DNA of 64,000 nt from Torpedo marmorata (lineage: Eukaryota): NCBI GenBank assembly GCA_977017645.1, contig OZ360232.1, positions 58,962,001 through 59,026,000 on the forward strand. The letters are read 5' to 3'. Positions 44,566-56,011 of this stretch are shown in pieces. How positions within the stretch are numbered: position 1 is the first letter of the stretch; every line of letters starts with the position of its first letter. The notes below the pieces were generated by a model, which was not told the DNA's origin, searched no databases, and saw only the letters and a list, made by a program, of their open reading frames with translations. Made by a program: the position numbers and the translations under genes.

Positions 44566-46782
44566 ATCTCAATTTGCTAACATTCTCCCGAGGGGACTAT
44601 CTGGAGGTACCTTCGGGAATACACCCGAACTCTCCTTCGGCTCCCTTTTCTTTGAGCCTGTCTAGGGGACTATCTGGAGGTACCTTCGGGAATACACCCG
44701 AACTCTCCTTTTGCTCCCTTTTCTTTGAGCCTCCCCTTTCGCTCGGTCACACCTTATCCTAGTAGTACCGTCGTACTCACTTACCCGGTGTGCCGCCCTG
44801 GACCGTCCTTCTACTTCTTCCCAGTCTTCCGCTCTGAGCTGTCCGGATATCACTCGCTCAAGCCGCGTGGGTACGACGAGCAAGGAGTCGGGGACCGCCG
44901 AACTCGGCGGGGTGCACCTTCTCCGATGTCCCTTCTCTCGACCCTCACGACCGGAGTGGGGATCCCGGACGAGGCCCCCAAGTTGTCAGAAAAGAACTCA
45001 CACGGAGTCTCAGCAAATGCAGCAGCGGTTGACTTTAATTTCTAACAAGTCTGCAGAGTTGGGCTCACCCTGCTCCTGCAGGAATTGAGAGCCCCGTTCC
45101 ATCATTGTAGCAGCCTTTTATATATTTGTTTTACTCACAGGTTACATGAGTTCACATTCTGTTCCACACATTTCCTAATCTAGATCTTAGGCATTTCATC
45201 CATTTGGTTCACGTCCGCCCCTATCGCAAGCTTTTGCCACTACCCTATTTCAATTCTTAGCATTTAATCGCAAAGCACTCCCCCTGTCTGGTTTTTGGTT
45301 TCCCATGTCTGCACAGGCATGCAGCTGCTATTTCAAAGAGCATTTTAAAAGCACATTCTAACAGCAGAACATTAACTTTTTCCTAACAGTGTATACTGAC
45401 CATAATCCATTGGTTTTTCTTTGTAAAATGAAAAATAAGAATCGACGGTTGTTGAATTGGAGTCTAATTTTGCAAGAATATAATTTGGTAATCACTCATA
45501 TAAAAGGGAGAGATAATGTAATTGCTGATTGTCTTTCTAGATGTTAAACTTTATCAATGAAAATAGTTCATATTTTGTATTTGTGGATGAACATTGTAGA
45601 TTTTGTTTATATTCTTACACCTCACTTACTTTCCTAAATTTTGTTCTTGCAGACCAAAATTTCCTTTGTGGGTGGGAGGTGTTATGGACCATGACTGACC
45701 ATTTGGACTGCGGACGGTCAGCAGGAAGGATGAATTCTTTTGGAGTATACACTGGGGCCAGGTACTGAAAGAGTTAACTTCCCCAGCTACTTGGTGTACC
45801 CAGACAAGATACATTGTTGCACTCTTGGTGTACCCAGACAGAGAGAAACTAGAGAGAGACTGGATAAGATACATTTGTTTCACTTCTGCAAAAAGCAGGG
45901 GCAGATCTCTGCAAAGCAGACACAGTTGTGAGTTGCAAGGCTACAAGATACAGCCAAGTCCAGGTTTGTGCAGTCAGAGAAAAGACTGACAAAATAGCAC
46001 ATGGCCTCCTGTCTCAGAGAAATTCTGAGAAAAAGCAACTTCTGTGGAGAACAGGCGTGAGATCAGCGAGACTAGCTGTGAGATTCAAGCATACGCCTAA
46101 CTCAGTGGTATACTGATCTGGAACTTGCAATCCTTATGAACCTACAAGAAGGGGACGTCATCAGAGAAGAAAACAAGTATTTGTAAGCATAAACAGTCAT
46201 TGTCTCTCTCCAACGTTCATTAAGAAGCACTTCTACCAGACACAGAAAAAGTTGAAGCCTGAACTTAGAGAGTGGATTTTGTCGACTGCATTATCCTTTT
46301 TTTTTTGACTGACTTGTTTTTTATGACTGACCTGGGGTTTTTGGGGAAGGTTTTTCCATTTTTACATAAGGGTTGGGCACAGACTGTAATGGTCTGGGCT
46401 TTACACACACACACACACCGTTTAGATAAGAATAGAGTTTATAGATGTTTATAGTGGGGTTAATTGTTGTGAAATTATATGTTTACTTGTGTTTAATAAA
46501 TAATAATTTCAATTTTACCCCTTTTGCATTGCGTCTTCTTTCGTTGCTGGTTTGATTTTGTAACAATACGTACAGATAGTAATTTTAAAAGTTATATAAA
46601 TTGAATTATTTATTATTACTACAAAAAATTGATGAAGATTTAAAAAAATTGATTAATTTACCTATAACCTTAGTTGGAAGAGTTAATTGTATAAAGAAGA
46701 ATATATTTCGAAGAATACAATATCGCTTTCAAACATTACCCATTTCAATCCCTCAGAAATGTTTTCAAGAATTAAATAAATA

Positions 46783-47292
46783 CTTTGTTTACATAATTTT
46801 TTCCAGTGTTCTTCATCTATTGTTACATTCAAATCTTTTTCCCAATTTAATCTTGATTTATGAATTCCTGTTTTAGGAAGTTTCCTCTGTAACAATCTGT
46901 ACATTTGAGAAATAAATTTAGGCACACCTCCATTAGTAACTAATAATTCCAATTCAAAATTTACGTGATAAATATCATTTCTTTTTGAAAGTATGGAGCC
47001 CATATATAAAAACTGTTGGTTTAAGGATTTGAAGATCTCTGGACTTCGGATCTGACTGGCGAACCTTTCCTCCACAATAAAATCAGTTTATAGTTGTTCT
47101 TTTTAGATTGACATTCTCCTTACTCTATCTTTTTCTTCTTCTTTCTTTCTTTTCGGGAGGGTTAGGGAGGGGAGGGAGGGAGGGAGGGAGGGGGGGTGGT
47201 GAAAACGTATCACATGTAATTTGAGAAATTTGCATTTTAAACTGTGTACTGTGTGATTTAAAAAATTTAAATAAAATATTTTTTTAAAAGAT
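46783..47292. mobile_element. 5'-inverted (twin-primed) L1 insertion
   Basis: 13-bp TSD AATTAAATAAATA (46770-46782, 47293-47305); minus-strand ORF2 piece to ~46956 then plus-strand ORF2 end and 3'UTR. Confidence 0.8.
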
Positions 47293-48057
47293 AATTAAAT
47301 AAATATGTAAGAACATTTCTATGGAAATATAAAATGTCAAGAGCTTCTATGGAAAGATTAACTTGGAAATATGAATTAGGAGGTTTACAACTTCTTAATT
47401 TAAAAAATTACTATCGAGCTGCTCAAATGAGATTTCTTGGATCTTTTTTCGAAGAGACAAAAGTAACGTGGGTAAATAAAGAACTGAACAAGATAGGAGA
47501 AAAGATAGCAGAAGATTTTATTTATAAATGGGAACCAAAATTAATAGCTGCTGCTAAAGATACACCATTATTGAAACACCTACTTAATATTTGGAATAAA
47601 ATAAAAGATGAAATTGGAATAATGGGATCCATATCGCCTAAAATGCCACTCAATCAAAATCCATTTATAGCTTTTTCAAGAGATAATCAATTTTTGAATA
47701 TTTGGCACCGTAATGAGATTGTAAATCTTGAAGATTGTTTTGAAAGAGGTCAATTAATGTCGTTTTTACAGTTGAGGAACAAATATGCCATACCACAAAA
47801 TACTTTTTTTTGTTATTTCCAATTAAAAGCATATCTGATAGATAAATTGGGACCAACTATGTCTTTACCTAAATGTAATGAAGTAGAACTTTTGATTAGG
47901 AGAGGAATTGTTAAAAAATTAACTTCTAAGATTTATGAACTACTACAAGCTGGAGCTCCCAAACAAGGGTTAAATAGATCTAGACAGGGATGGGAAACAG
48001 ATATAAATATTACAATTGATCAACAATTATGGGAAAATCTATGTAAAGACTCTATGG

Positions 48058-48832
48058 CGTACAAGCAGAGACAGGACCACAGCACCAATAGTGAAGACGG
48101 TGAAAGTATGGTCGAGGGAGGTGGAGGAGCATCTGCAGGAATGCTTTGAATTGCTGGACTGGAACATATTCAAGAACTCATCCATAGACTTTTTTAAAAA
48201 TATTTTATTTTAAATTTTAAATCACAGATTACATAAAATAAAATATGAAATTATCAAAATATTTGTGATACATTTTCACCCCCTCTCCAACCCTCCCCTC
48301 CCCAACCCTCCCAACCCCCTAATCTAATAAAATAAAAATATATATAAAATAAAAATAAAGAAAAAATAAGAAAGAAAACGATAGAGTAAGGAGAATGTCA
48401 ATCTAAAAACATACATCTATAAACTAATTCTATTATGGAGGTCAGGTATGCCAGTAGATCCGATGTCCAGAGATCTTCAGATCCTTAAACCAACAACTTT
48501 CATATATGGGCTCCAAATTTTTAAAAAGAAATGATATTTATTACGTAAATTATAAGTAATTTTTTCAAGTGGTATAGCTGAACGAAGTTCTGCATGCCAT
48601 CTTTCTAACCCTAAATCTACATCAGATTTCCAAGTAATAGCAATACATTTCTTTAAAACAGCTAAAGCAATTTGCAAAAATTCTATTTGATACATATTTA
48701 ATTTCATTTTAATACTAAGTTTTCTAATATCCCCAAACAAAAATATCATATGGTCCATTGGATGCTGATGCTGCCACAAAACACCAAATTTTGTGACTTG
48801 TTCATGACAATAAGTTCTGATTCTGATTCTGA
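48058..48832 (+). mobile_element. Rex1-like fragments (48058-48188 and 48762-48832) flanking an L1
   Basis: VKTVKVWSREVEEHLQECFELLDWNIFK linker region; 3' tail CATGACAATAAG(TTCTGA)n. Confidence 0.6.
48189..48761 (-). mobile_element. L1 3' fragment
   Basis: Minus ORF KKCIAITWKSD..PLEKITYNLRNKY, near-identical to 1850-2360. Confidence 0.85.
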
Positions 48833-50398
48833 AAAATATTGCATTGTAAAAATACGATTTATTCCTGCTTCACTATAGTTTCATTGATTACTAAACTGAA
48901 ATCTGATATGCACCAAAGATCTGGGCCTGCTACCAATCCAATAAAAGAATGGTTTACCCTTGTAAAACTGAAGCCAAGTCGAAACAGGGAATAAAAAGAG
49001 CACTGTCAGCTATTTTAAGCTGCTGTGTTTGTTCCACTTTGGAATTTGTTTCCTAAATCTGTATGTCAACCTGATGTCTATTAAATAGAACACTCGTGAT
49101 GCAGTATGATAGATGTCACTTATTAGTCTGGTGTTTTACAGCACAAGGTAGGACATTTATCTTCCTATCACCATCTTTCATCTGCTCATTTTGGGTTCAA
49201 CCACTATTATAAACTTTCATTAAGAGATGCAGGGCGAGCTAAATTTTATCAGAGTAAGTTAGAATTCATTTACAAATACTGCTACAATACTAAGTTGCAC
49301 ACTCAACAAAGAAATGCTGTAATGAAAAAGAAATCATGCCTAGAACAGACTCTGAGATCTGCAGTGTACCATGGAAATAGACTTGGGATAAATCATTGAC
49401 TTTGTGCTGTATTAAATATTGGAGAAAGAAGGCAGCCATGAGGTAATGAAATGAGATGTTTTGAACATCATCAATTAGTATAAAATAAAATGCATGAAAA
49501 TACTGTCAGCAGCTCCCAAATTCCTCCCACTCTATTCTACTTCCTTTATTCACTTCTCCTGCTGCCTTTGGCCTTGGGGAGCATATCCATCAATGAGTGT
49601 ATCCAGAGCTGTTCAGTTAACCCAGTGATTGGAATGCTAAAGGACCCTTGAGATCAACAACATACCTTTCTGACAAATAGCTCCCCAATAATATGACAAT
49701 TTTTTAAGGCATCCTTTCTAGCTAAGGCACTTGAAGAGATTGACATTTTTCAGAGAAGGACAGGTCTACTTCTCAGGAGCTGGTTTAAACCTGGGTGCTA
49801 ATATGCTACATTCGTGACTATATTGACTCTGCCTATAATGAGCAGTTTTTTTGGAACACTTATCCTATTAGCTTCAACATATTCAGTGAAAGTCTCTGTG
49901 GTCATTGGGAGGTGATTTCAGAATGAGGCTGCAAAAGTTAAAGCATCCAGTGTGAGTCACTCTTCAGATAGAAAGGCTATCAATCAAGAGAACTATGATC
50001 AGCTGAATACGTTGTGATTACCCAGTGACAGGAATGATTTAATTTCTACCAGTAACAATCTAAAACTGTGCTACATGGGGACTAGCATCATTAAAAGCAT
50101 GTTAAACCCAGGAAACATGCCATTAGCACATTCTCCACAATCTACTTTCAATTGAGTTTGTATTATCTATATGCATGATAGACCTTAAACAATTACATAG
50201 AAATGAAGTCATAAATGTCTGTGTCAATAAGGAACAAAAAAATGAGTGTTTTATGTGTGAGATAATGTGCAAATATTCTATTATTTCTTAACCATAAATA
50301 ATTGGACTTTTATGACTGCAGTAAATTTGTTTGCTCTCAAGTGCTGTACATTGTTTGCTCTTGATCAACAGATCAAGCTGGAACCTAATTTACAAGTA

Positions 50399-51081
50399 CA
50401 AGTGCCTAACCTTTTATCCAAAAACCTTGGGACCGGACACTTTTCGGAATTTGGATTTTTTCGGATTATAGAATTATTTTAACGGTGGTACTTTTAAATA
50501 ATTGCGTTGCTTCAGATTCGCGCAAAACAAAGATATACTCCAACTAGAAGGGTTTCTGGACGACGGCGTTGGATGGTGGGGGGGTACTGGATGGGGGGGT
50601 TGCGGTGGCGCTGGACGGGGGTGTTCGCTGCGGCGCTGAATAGGGGGGTTGCAGCGGCGCTGGACGGGGTTGTTCGCGTTGGCACTGGACAGGGGTGTTC
50701 GCGGTGGCACTCAATGGGGGTGTTCGCGGCAGTGCTGAACGGGGGGGTTGCAGCGACGCTGGACGGGGTTGTTCGTGGTGGCGCTGAACGGGGGGGGTTG
50801 CAGCGGTGCTGGACGAGGGTGTTAATGGCGGCACTGAATCGGGGGGTCACGGCGGCGCTGGACGAGGGTGTTCACGGTGGCGCTGGACGGGGGGGTGGTA
50901 AATGAAGTGAGATAAAGATAGAACATAAAATTACTAGCGTAGTTTTTATTTTTAAGTAAAACATATAGTAAAACTTCAAACATTAACTGGCTCAAACTAA
51001 GCTAAACACCTGAAAATATACTGGAAAAAATGTTTGGTTTTCAGAGGTTTTCGGTATTTCGGATAAAAGGTTAGGTACCTG
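50399..51081. mobile_element. Tigger-like MITE containing a ~22-23-bp G-rich minisatellite (50557-50897)
   Basis: TIR CA(A/G)GT(G/A)CCTAACCTTTTATCC, TA TSD; unit ~GCGGCGCTGGACGGGGGTGTTC. Confidence 0.8.
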
Positions 51082-51354
51082 TACACTAATTTCATCCAAG
51101 AAACCATTCCTCTTGGTTGCTTTTTATTTGACTTCAAGACCATTTACATCTGCTCAAGGAAGTGTCTAAACTCAGCAGTAATTTCACAAATTTTCTTTAC
51201 ATTGCAGTCTTAAAAATTGTGTTGAGTAATATTTGATTCTTCCTAGTTTTGAGATACAGCTATTTTATCCAAAAATACATGATAATATTTTTTCAAAAAA
51301 CATGATCTAAAATACAGAATGAAAAATAATGTCAAACAATATATAAATTGAATT

Positions 51355-52665
51355 CCTTATTGTGTGTGTATTAAGCTACAGTGAAAAACTCTCTTCTGTG
51401 TGCTATCCAGGCAAGTCAACCTATACAAAGTACCACAAGTTGTGGAAGAATAAAAACAAAAGTTCAAGGGGAATAGTGTTACATCAAATAAAAGTGCACG
51501 GTGCAATGTTAAAAAGAAAAGTAAAGTTAGACAGTGCAAGGCACCATCTTTTACTGATAAGTATTCCATTCAAGAGTCCGAACACAGCAGGAAAAAAAAA
51601 ACTATCCTTAAATTTAAACTTTTCAAATGTACCATCTGCCCAATGCGGTGTAGGGGGGTAGGCAGGGGACGGGGTGGAGGGGGTGGGGGGGTGGTTTTGG
51701 AGAGTGACGATGATGGGAACTGTCCTTCAATTGGTTGGCTTCATTCCTGAAGCAACAGGAGGTGATGATAAGAGTCGATGGAGGGAGTGTTGGTTTGCGA
51801 TGGCCTGATCTTAATTCACCACTCTGCAGTTTCTGTGGAATTAGGCAGAACAAATCCCATGCCAAAGCTGTGATGCATCCAGACAGGATACTTTCTATGA
51901 TGCATCTATAAAAGTTGGTAAGAGTCACTGTGGTTTCACTATGGTACTTCTTTTGGAAGTAGTGGTGTTTCAGAATCAGAATCAGAATTTATTGTCATGA
52001 ACAAGTCATGAAATTCGGTGTTTTGCGGCAGCTTTCTGAGCTGTAACATCAAACTGATTGGACCAGGACAGATGTTTGGTGATATTTACTCCTAAAAACT
52101 TGAAGCTCTCCACCATCTCCACTTCAGCACTATTGATACAGACAGCAGTGTGTGTTCCACCCCTCTTCCTGAAGTTGATAACCAGTTCCTTCATATTGTT
52201 GATACTGAGGGAAAGGTTGTTGTTTTGACACAACTACTAGATTCTCCATCTCCTTCCGATACTCCATCTTGTCTTTATTCGTGTTCCAGCCTTACAATTG
52301 TTGTGTCATCTGCAACCTTGCAGATAGAATTGGAGCAGTATTTTGCCTCATAGTCATGAGAAGATAAGGCTTATAGCAAGAAGCATGCAGCCTTGTGGGC
52401 ACTGGTCTTAAGGATCACTGCAGAGGAGGTGTTGTCCCCAATCCTTGCTGATTGTGATCTGCAGGTCCAGAAGATCCAGTTGCAGAGAGGGGTGCTAAGC
52501 CCCAGGAGTTTGGAGATGAGTTTTTTTGGGACTATAGTGCTGAAGGTTGAGCTATTGTCAATAAACAGGAGTCTCTGATTGCTATCCTTATTGCCAACAT
52601 GTTGCAGGGTTGAGTCCAGGGAGATGGCAACTGTGATGAACATGTTGCAGTGGTAGGTGAACTGT
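51355..52665 (-). mobile_element. Degraded Rex1-like LINE with a nested younger Rex tail (51968-52035)
   Basis: LTNFYRCIIESILSGCITA, ESFKFLGVNIT, FSTIVPKKLISKL. Confidence 0.7.
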
Positions 52666-52873
52666 TGTGTGTGTATGTTTGTATAAAATACATATTTATA
52701 TCTATAATTTTGTATAAAATACATATTTATATCTATAATTTTTGTGTATGTATGTATGTGTATAGTATGTGTACAGCTATACTCCTTATCTTTTCATGAC
52801 TATGAGGCATAATACTGCTCCAATTCCATCTACAAGGTTGCAGATGACACCACAATTGTAAGGCTGGATCTCG

Positions 52874-52879
52874 TATATA

Positions 52880-52925
<46 letters not shown>

Positions 52926-52957
52926 TATAGATAGATAGATATAGATATAGATATATA
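52874..52957. repeat. (TA)n/(TAGA)n microsatellite
   Basis: Direct reading. Confidence 0.95.
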
Positions 52958-54494
52958 CCGTATATGTTAATAATTTTGAAACTGCATTGAAATTTATTTT
53001 CCTAAACTGCAAATAATTGCAGTAAAGTCACATTATCACATCACAGTAACAAGAAATATTGATGTATCGCAATATTCAACCAAACTTGTTCATTTTAACG
53101 GCAGGTTATTAACGAGCTGCTGGGAAGATCAGTAAAAATGCAAGGATTTATAAAATACTCTTTTGCCAATTGAAAGTGTTTCACATTTTGTGAGTTACTT
53201 TAATTGCAGTCACAATCATTATTCGGAATAAACATGGCCACATATTTGTAAGTAGCACTGTACCACTGAAAACAAAGAGAAAATAAATCAGATAATGCAT
53301 CTTGATGTAGTTGAAGTGTGATGGGGGAGAGTGAATATTGAGCAGGACACCAAGAATATAGGATCTTTTATGTCCATTTCAGCAGGTTGACAGAGCATCT
53401 GTTTAATACCTCATTCAAAAGACAACACCTCCAACAAAGCAATACTGCACTGAAGTGCCAAACAGGATTATGTTGTTAAATTCTGCAGGGAGCACTTGGA
53501 TGACAGTTGCTTGACTCGGTAACAATGGTGCTATGTGTGCCAACCTGCCTCCCTCTTTCCTTTTGAATCTTACTTTTACTTAGCTCTTCTGTAGATTGGG
53601 GATTGTCTGTGGTGTGCTGCCAGTAAAAGGCTCAAATCTTTTCTGTGGTCAACCCCACTTGTACGTGAGTGGGGAGCTTTTTGTCCATTCACTGACAGCA
53701 GCCCTAACACAACAGAAGCACCTTCTGCAGGGGACCCAAGATGAGTGCCAGGCCAATGAGTGCAAGTAATTTCCTAAGTGGAATAAACAGGGGATTACAC
53801 TAGAAAGTATCAAATGCACCAGTTCTTATTGTGTCCAGAACTGCTGTCCCTTCACAAGATGAAAATTCACCCTCCTTTTCGATGCAGTATTTGAGTCAAT
53901 TCAGTTACCAAGTACAATGCTTTGCTCCATCAAAAAGCCATAGGGACCACAACAACATCATTGGACCTTTAATCTACCATGAGTCATGAACTTCCAGAGT
54001 ATTTCCAACAGGTACATTGCCTGAATGAGTTGAAGTTTGCTCAAAATAGCAGAGGGCAGGTGTCAGGCTGAAAGTTAATGTTAAAATTATTTTCCTCAAT
54101 TTAATCCTGACACCAGTGAAAGTAAGAATAAATCAGGAAGACTGTTTCAGTGCAAAGTTACCAACAATGTAGGAAACAGAGCAATATATGGCATATTACC
54201 GGCATCCCCACTGATTCAATCTATACTTTTTGAATTGCAATTGCTTATGTTGAGAAGCACTCCAAACTGTTTGCCACTTCAACTGTAGCTAATTGTATTG
54301 GCGCAACTTATAAAAATAAACCTGGTTAATTTGAGTATGTCAGTAAATTTTACCTATCTTGCTGTTACATTGTGTATTTGAATACCTTGATGGTGAAATT
54401 CACCATCCCCTTCAATGTACCAGCATGTCACTTAGCTGATTGAGAAAGAGCAGGTTTGAAGTTCAAAACCTCAGAGCTGGCAAGAAATTTGGGA

Positions 54495-54950
54495 ACTGTC
54501 CTATTCTATGCTTCCGAGACTGAATTCCCTACAAAAGACACCTCAAAGAACAGGAGAGATACCACCAATATTGGCTCTGCAGAATCTTTCAAAATGTCTG
54601 GTCAATAACAGGACCAATGTTGGTTTCCTCTCCTAAGCCAAACCCCCCCCAGTACCAAAGCCTATTTACATTCAGTCAGCTCCATTGGGTAGGCCACAGT
54701 GCTCACATACCTGACACCAGACTCCTGAAACAGACATTCTATTCCAAGCTCTATCTCCGGAAGAGATTCCCAGGTGGAGAAAGGAAATTAATCAATGATG
54801 TGCTCAAATCCCCTCTTGAAGGAGCACAACATCTCCACAGACTCTTGGGAATTCCTGCTCCTTGTCTGCTCAAACAGAGATGCTGCATTCAGAATGCTTG
54901 ATTCACAGTACCATCCTTTTTATGGGAGTATCAGGAACACACAGGAGCAG
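54495..54950 (+). mobile_element. Degraded RTE-clade LINE fragment
   Basis: LFYASET, QLHWVGH..IPDTRLLKQTFYSKL motif typical of the RTE C-terminus. Confidence 0.65.
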
Positions 54951-55268
54951 AAAGAATGCAAATTTACTGTCCTTTTTACTGCAAATTGTTCTTCACTTGT
55001 CTTACTGTGAAAACCTTAATCTCTACTTTCATCAACTATGTTGCTGATTCTTCCCCACTGAGAAAATTGAAGAAATCTCCTGGTCTCCAGCTGGAACTGG
55101 TTAACTGAAGTCAGGTGACTCAAGTACACGGATACCTAGGATTAGGAAACTAAACCTGCAAGGCTAGCAAAAAGCAGTGTTGTGCGAGTGCAGTTTTCAT
55201 AGAGTATAGTCGATGATGAGTAAACGAGTTTGGTGAGGGAAGAGTGGTGGTATCAGAATTAAATGAAG

Positions 55269-55999
55269 CAAAGAAATTTAATCCAGCGTTATCAGATATG
55301 TGTTTTAGATGTAAAACTGAAATAGGTTCTTTTGTACATTGTACATGGTCATGTTCAAAAATTCAAGATTTTTGGTTGAAAGTTAAGAATTTTTTAGAAA
55401 GAATTTTTAATGTTAGATTTATACTGGATCCTATGTTATTTTTATTTGGAGATATGAAAAAATTTAGTATTAGAAATAGATTAAATATGTATCAAGTAGA
55501 ATTTTTACGCATAGTATTAGCAGTTTCGAAAAAGTGTATAGCTATTACCTGGAAATCGGATGTTGATTTAAGTTTAGAACGATGGCATGCAGAATTACGT
55601 TCATGTATACCATTAGAAAAAATTACTTATAATTTGCGAAATAAATATCATTCTTTTTTGAAAATTTGGGGCCCATATATGAGGATTATGGGTTTAACAA
55701 TGTAAATTCTCTAGATATCGGATCCGCTGGCGAAAATAACCTCTAAGGTATATTAGTTTTAAGTTTGCTGTCTCCTCATTCTATTTTTCTATCTTTCCTT
55801 TTTCTTTTTTTTTTCTTTATTATACTATATATTATTTTAATTTTAGAGTAAGGGGGATATAGGGGTTAGGGAGGGGAGGGTGGGAAGGGGGGGAGAAAAT
55901 GTAAATCACATGTATTTTTTGAAATATATGCAAAATTATTTTATGTAATCTGTGATTTAAAAATTTAAATAAAATAATAAAAAATAAATAAATAAAAAT
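55269..55999 (+). mobile_element. 5'-truncated L1
   Basis: CFRC..HCTWSC; 12-bp TSD AATTAAATGAAG at 55257-55268 and 56000-56011. Confidence 0.88.
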
Positions 56000-56011
56000 A
56001 ATTAAATGAAG

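Larger units (their letters stand above)
40336..45388 (-). mobile_element. Class I (gamma/HERV-I-like) endogenous retrovirus, internally deleted, 5053 bp
   Basis: 405-bp LTRs 40336-40740 and 44984-45388; 5-bp TSD GTGTA; tRNA-Pro PBS (TGGGGGCCTCGTCCGGGAT) 44962-44980; PPT AAAAGGGTGGAAT 40741-40753. Confidence 0.95.
35657..46565 (+). mobile_element. Gmr1-like gypsy LTR retrotransposon, copy 2 (RT core deleted; contains ERV)
   Basis: LTRs 35657-36544 and 45680-46565, 4-bp TSD ATAC, tRNA-Pro PBS 36548-36560, PPT before 45680. Confidence 0.95.
35140..48057 (+). mobile_element. Older L1 ORF2 fragment hosting nested insertions (pieces 35140-35656, 46566-46782, 47293-48057)
   Basis: LDAEKAFD, RQGCPLSP, LFADD; KYLGI reading resumes across the Gmr1 insertion, and ELNKY resumes across the inverted L1. 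Confidence 0.85.
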
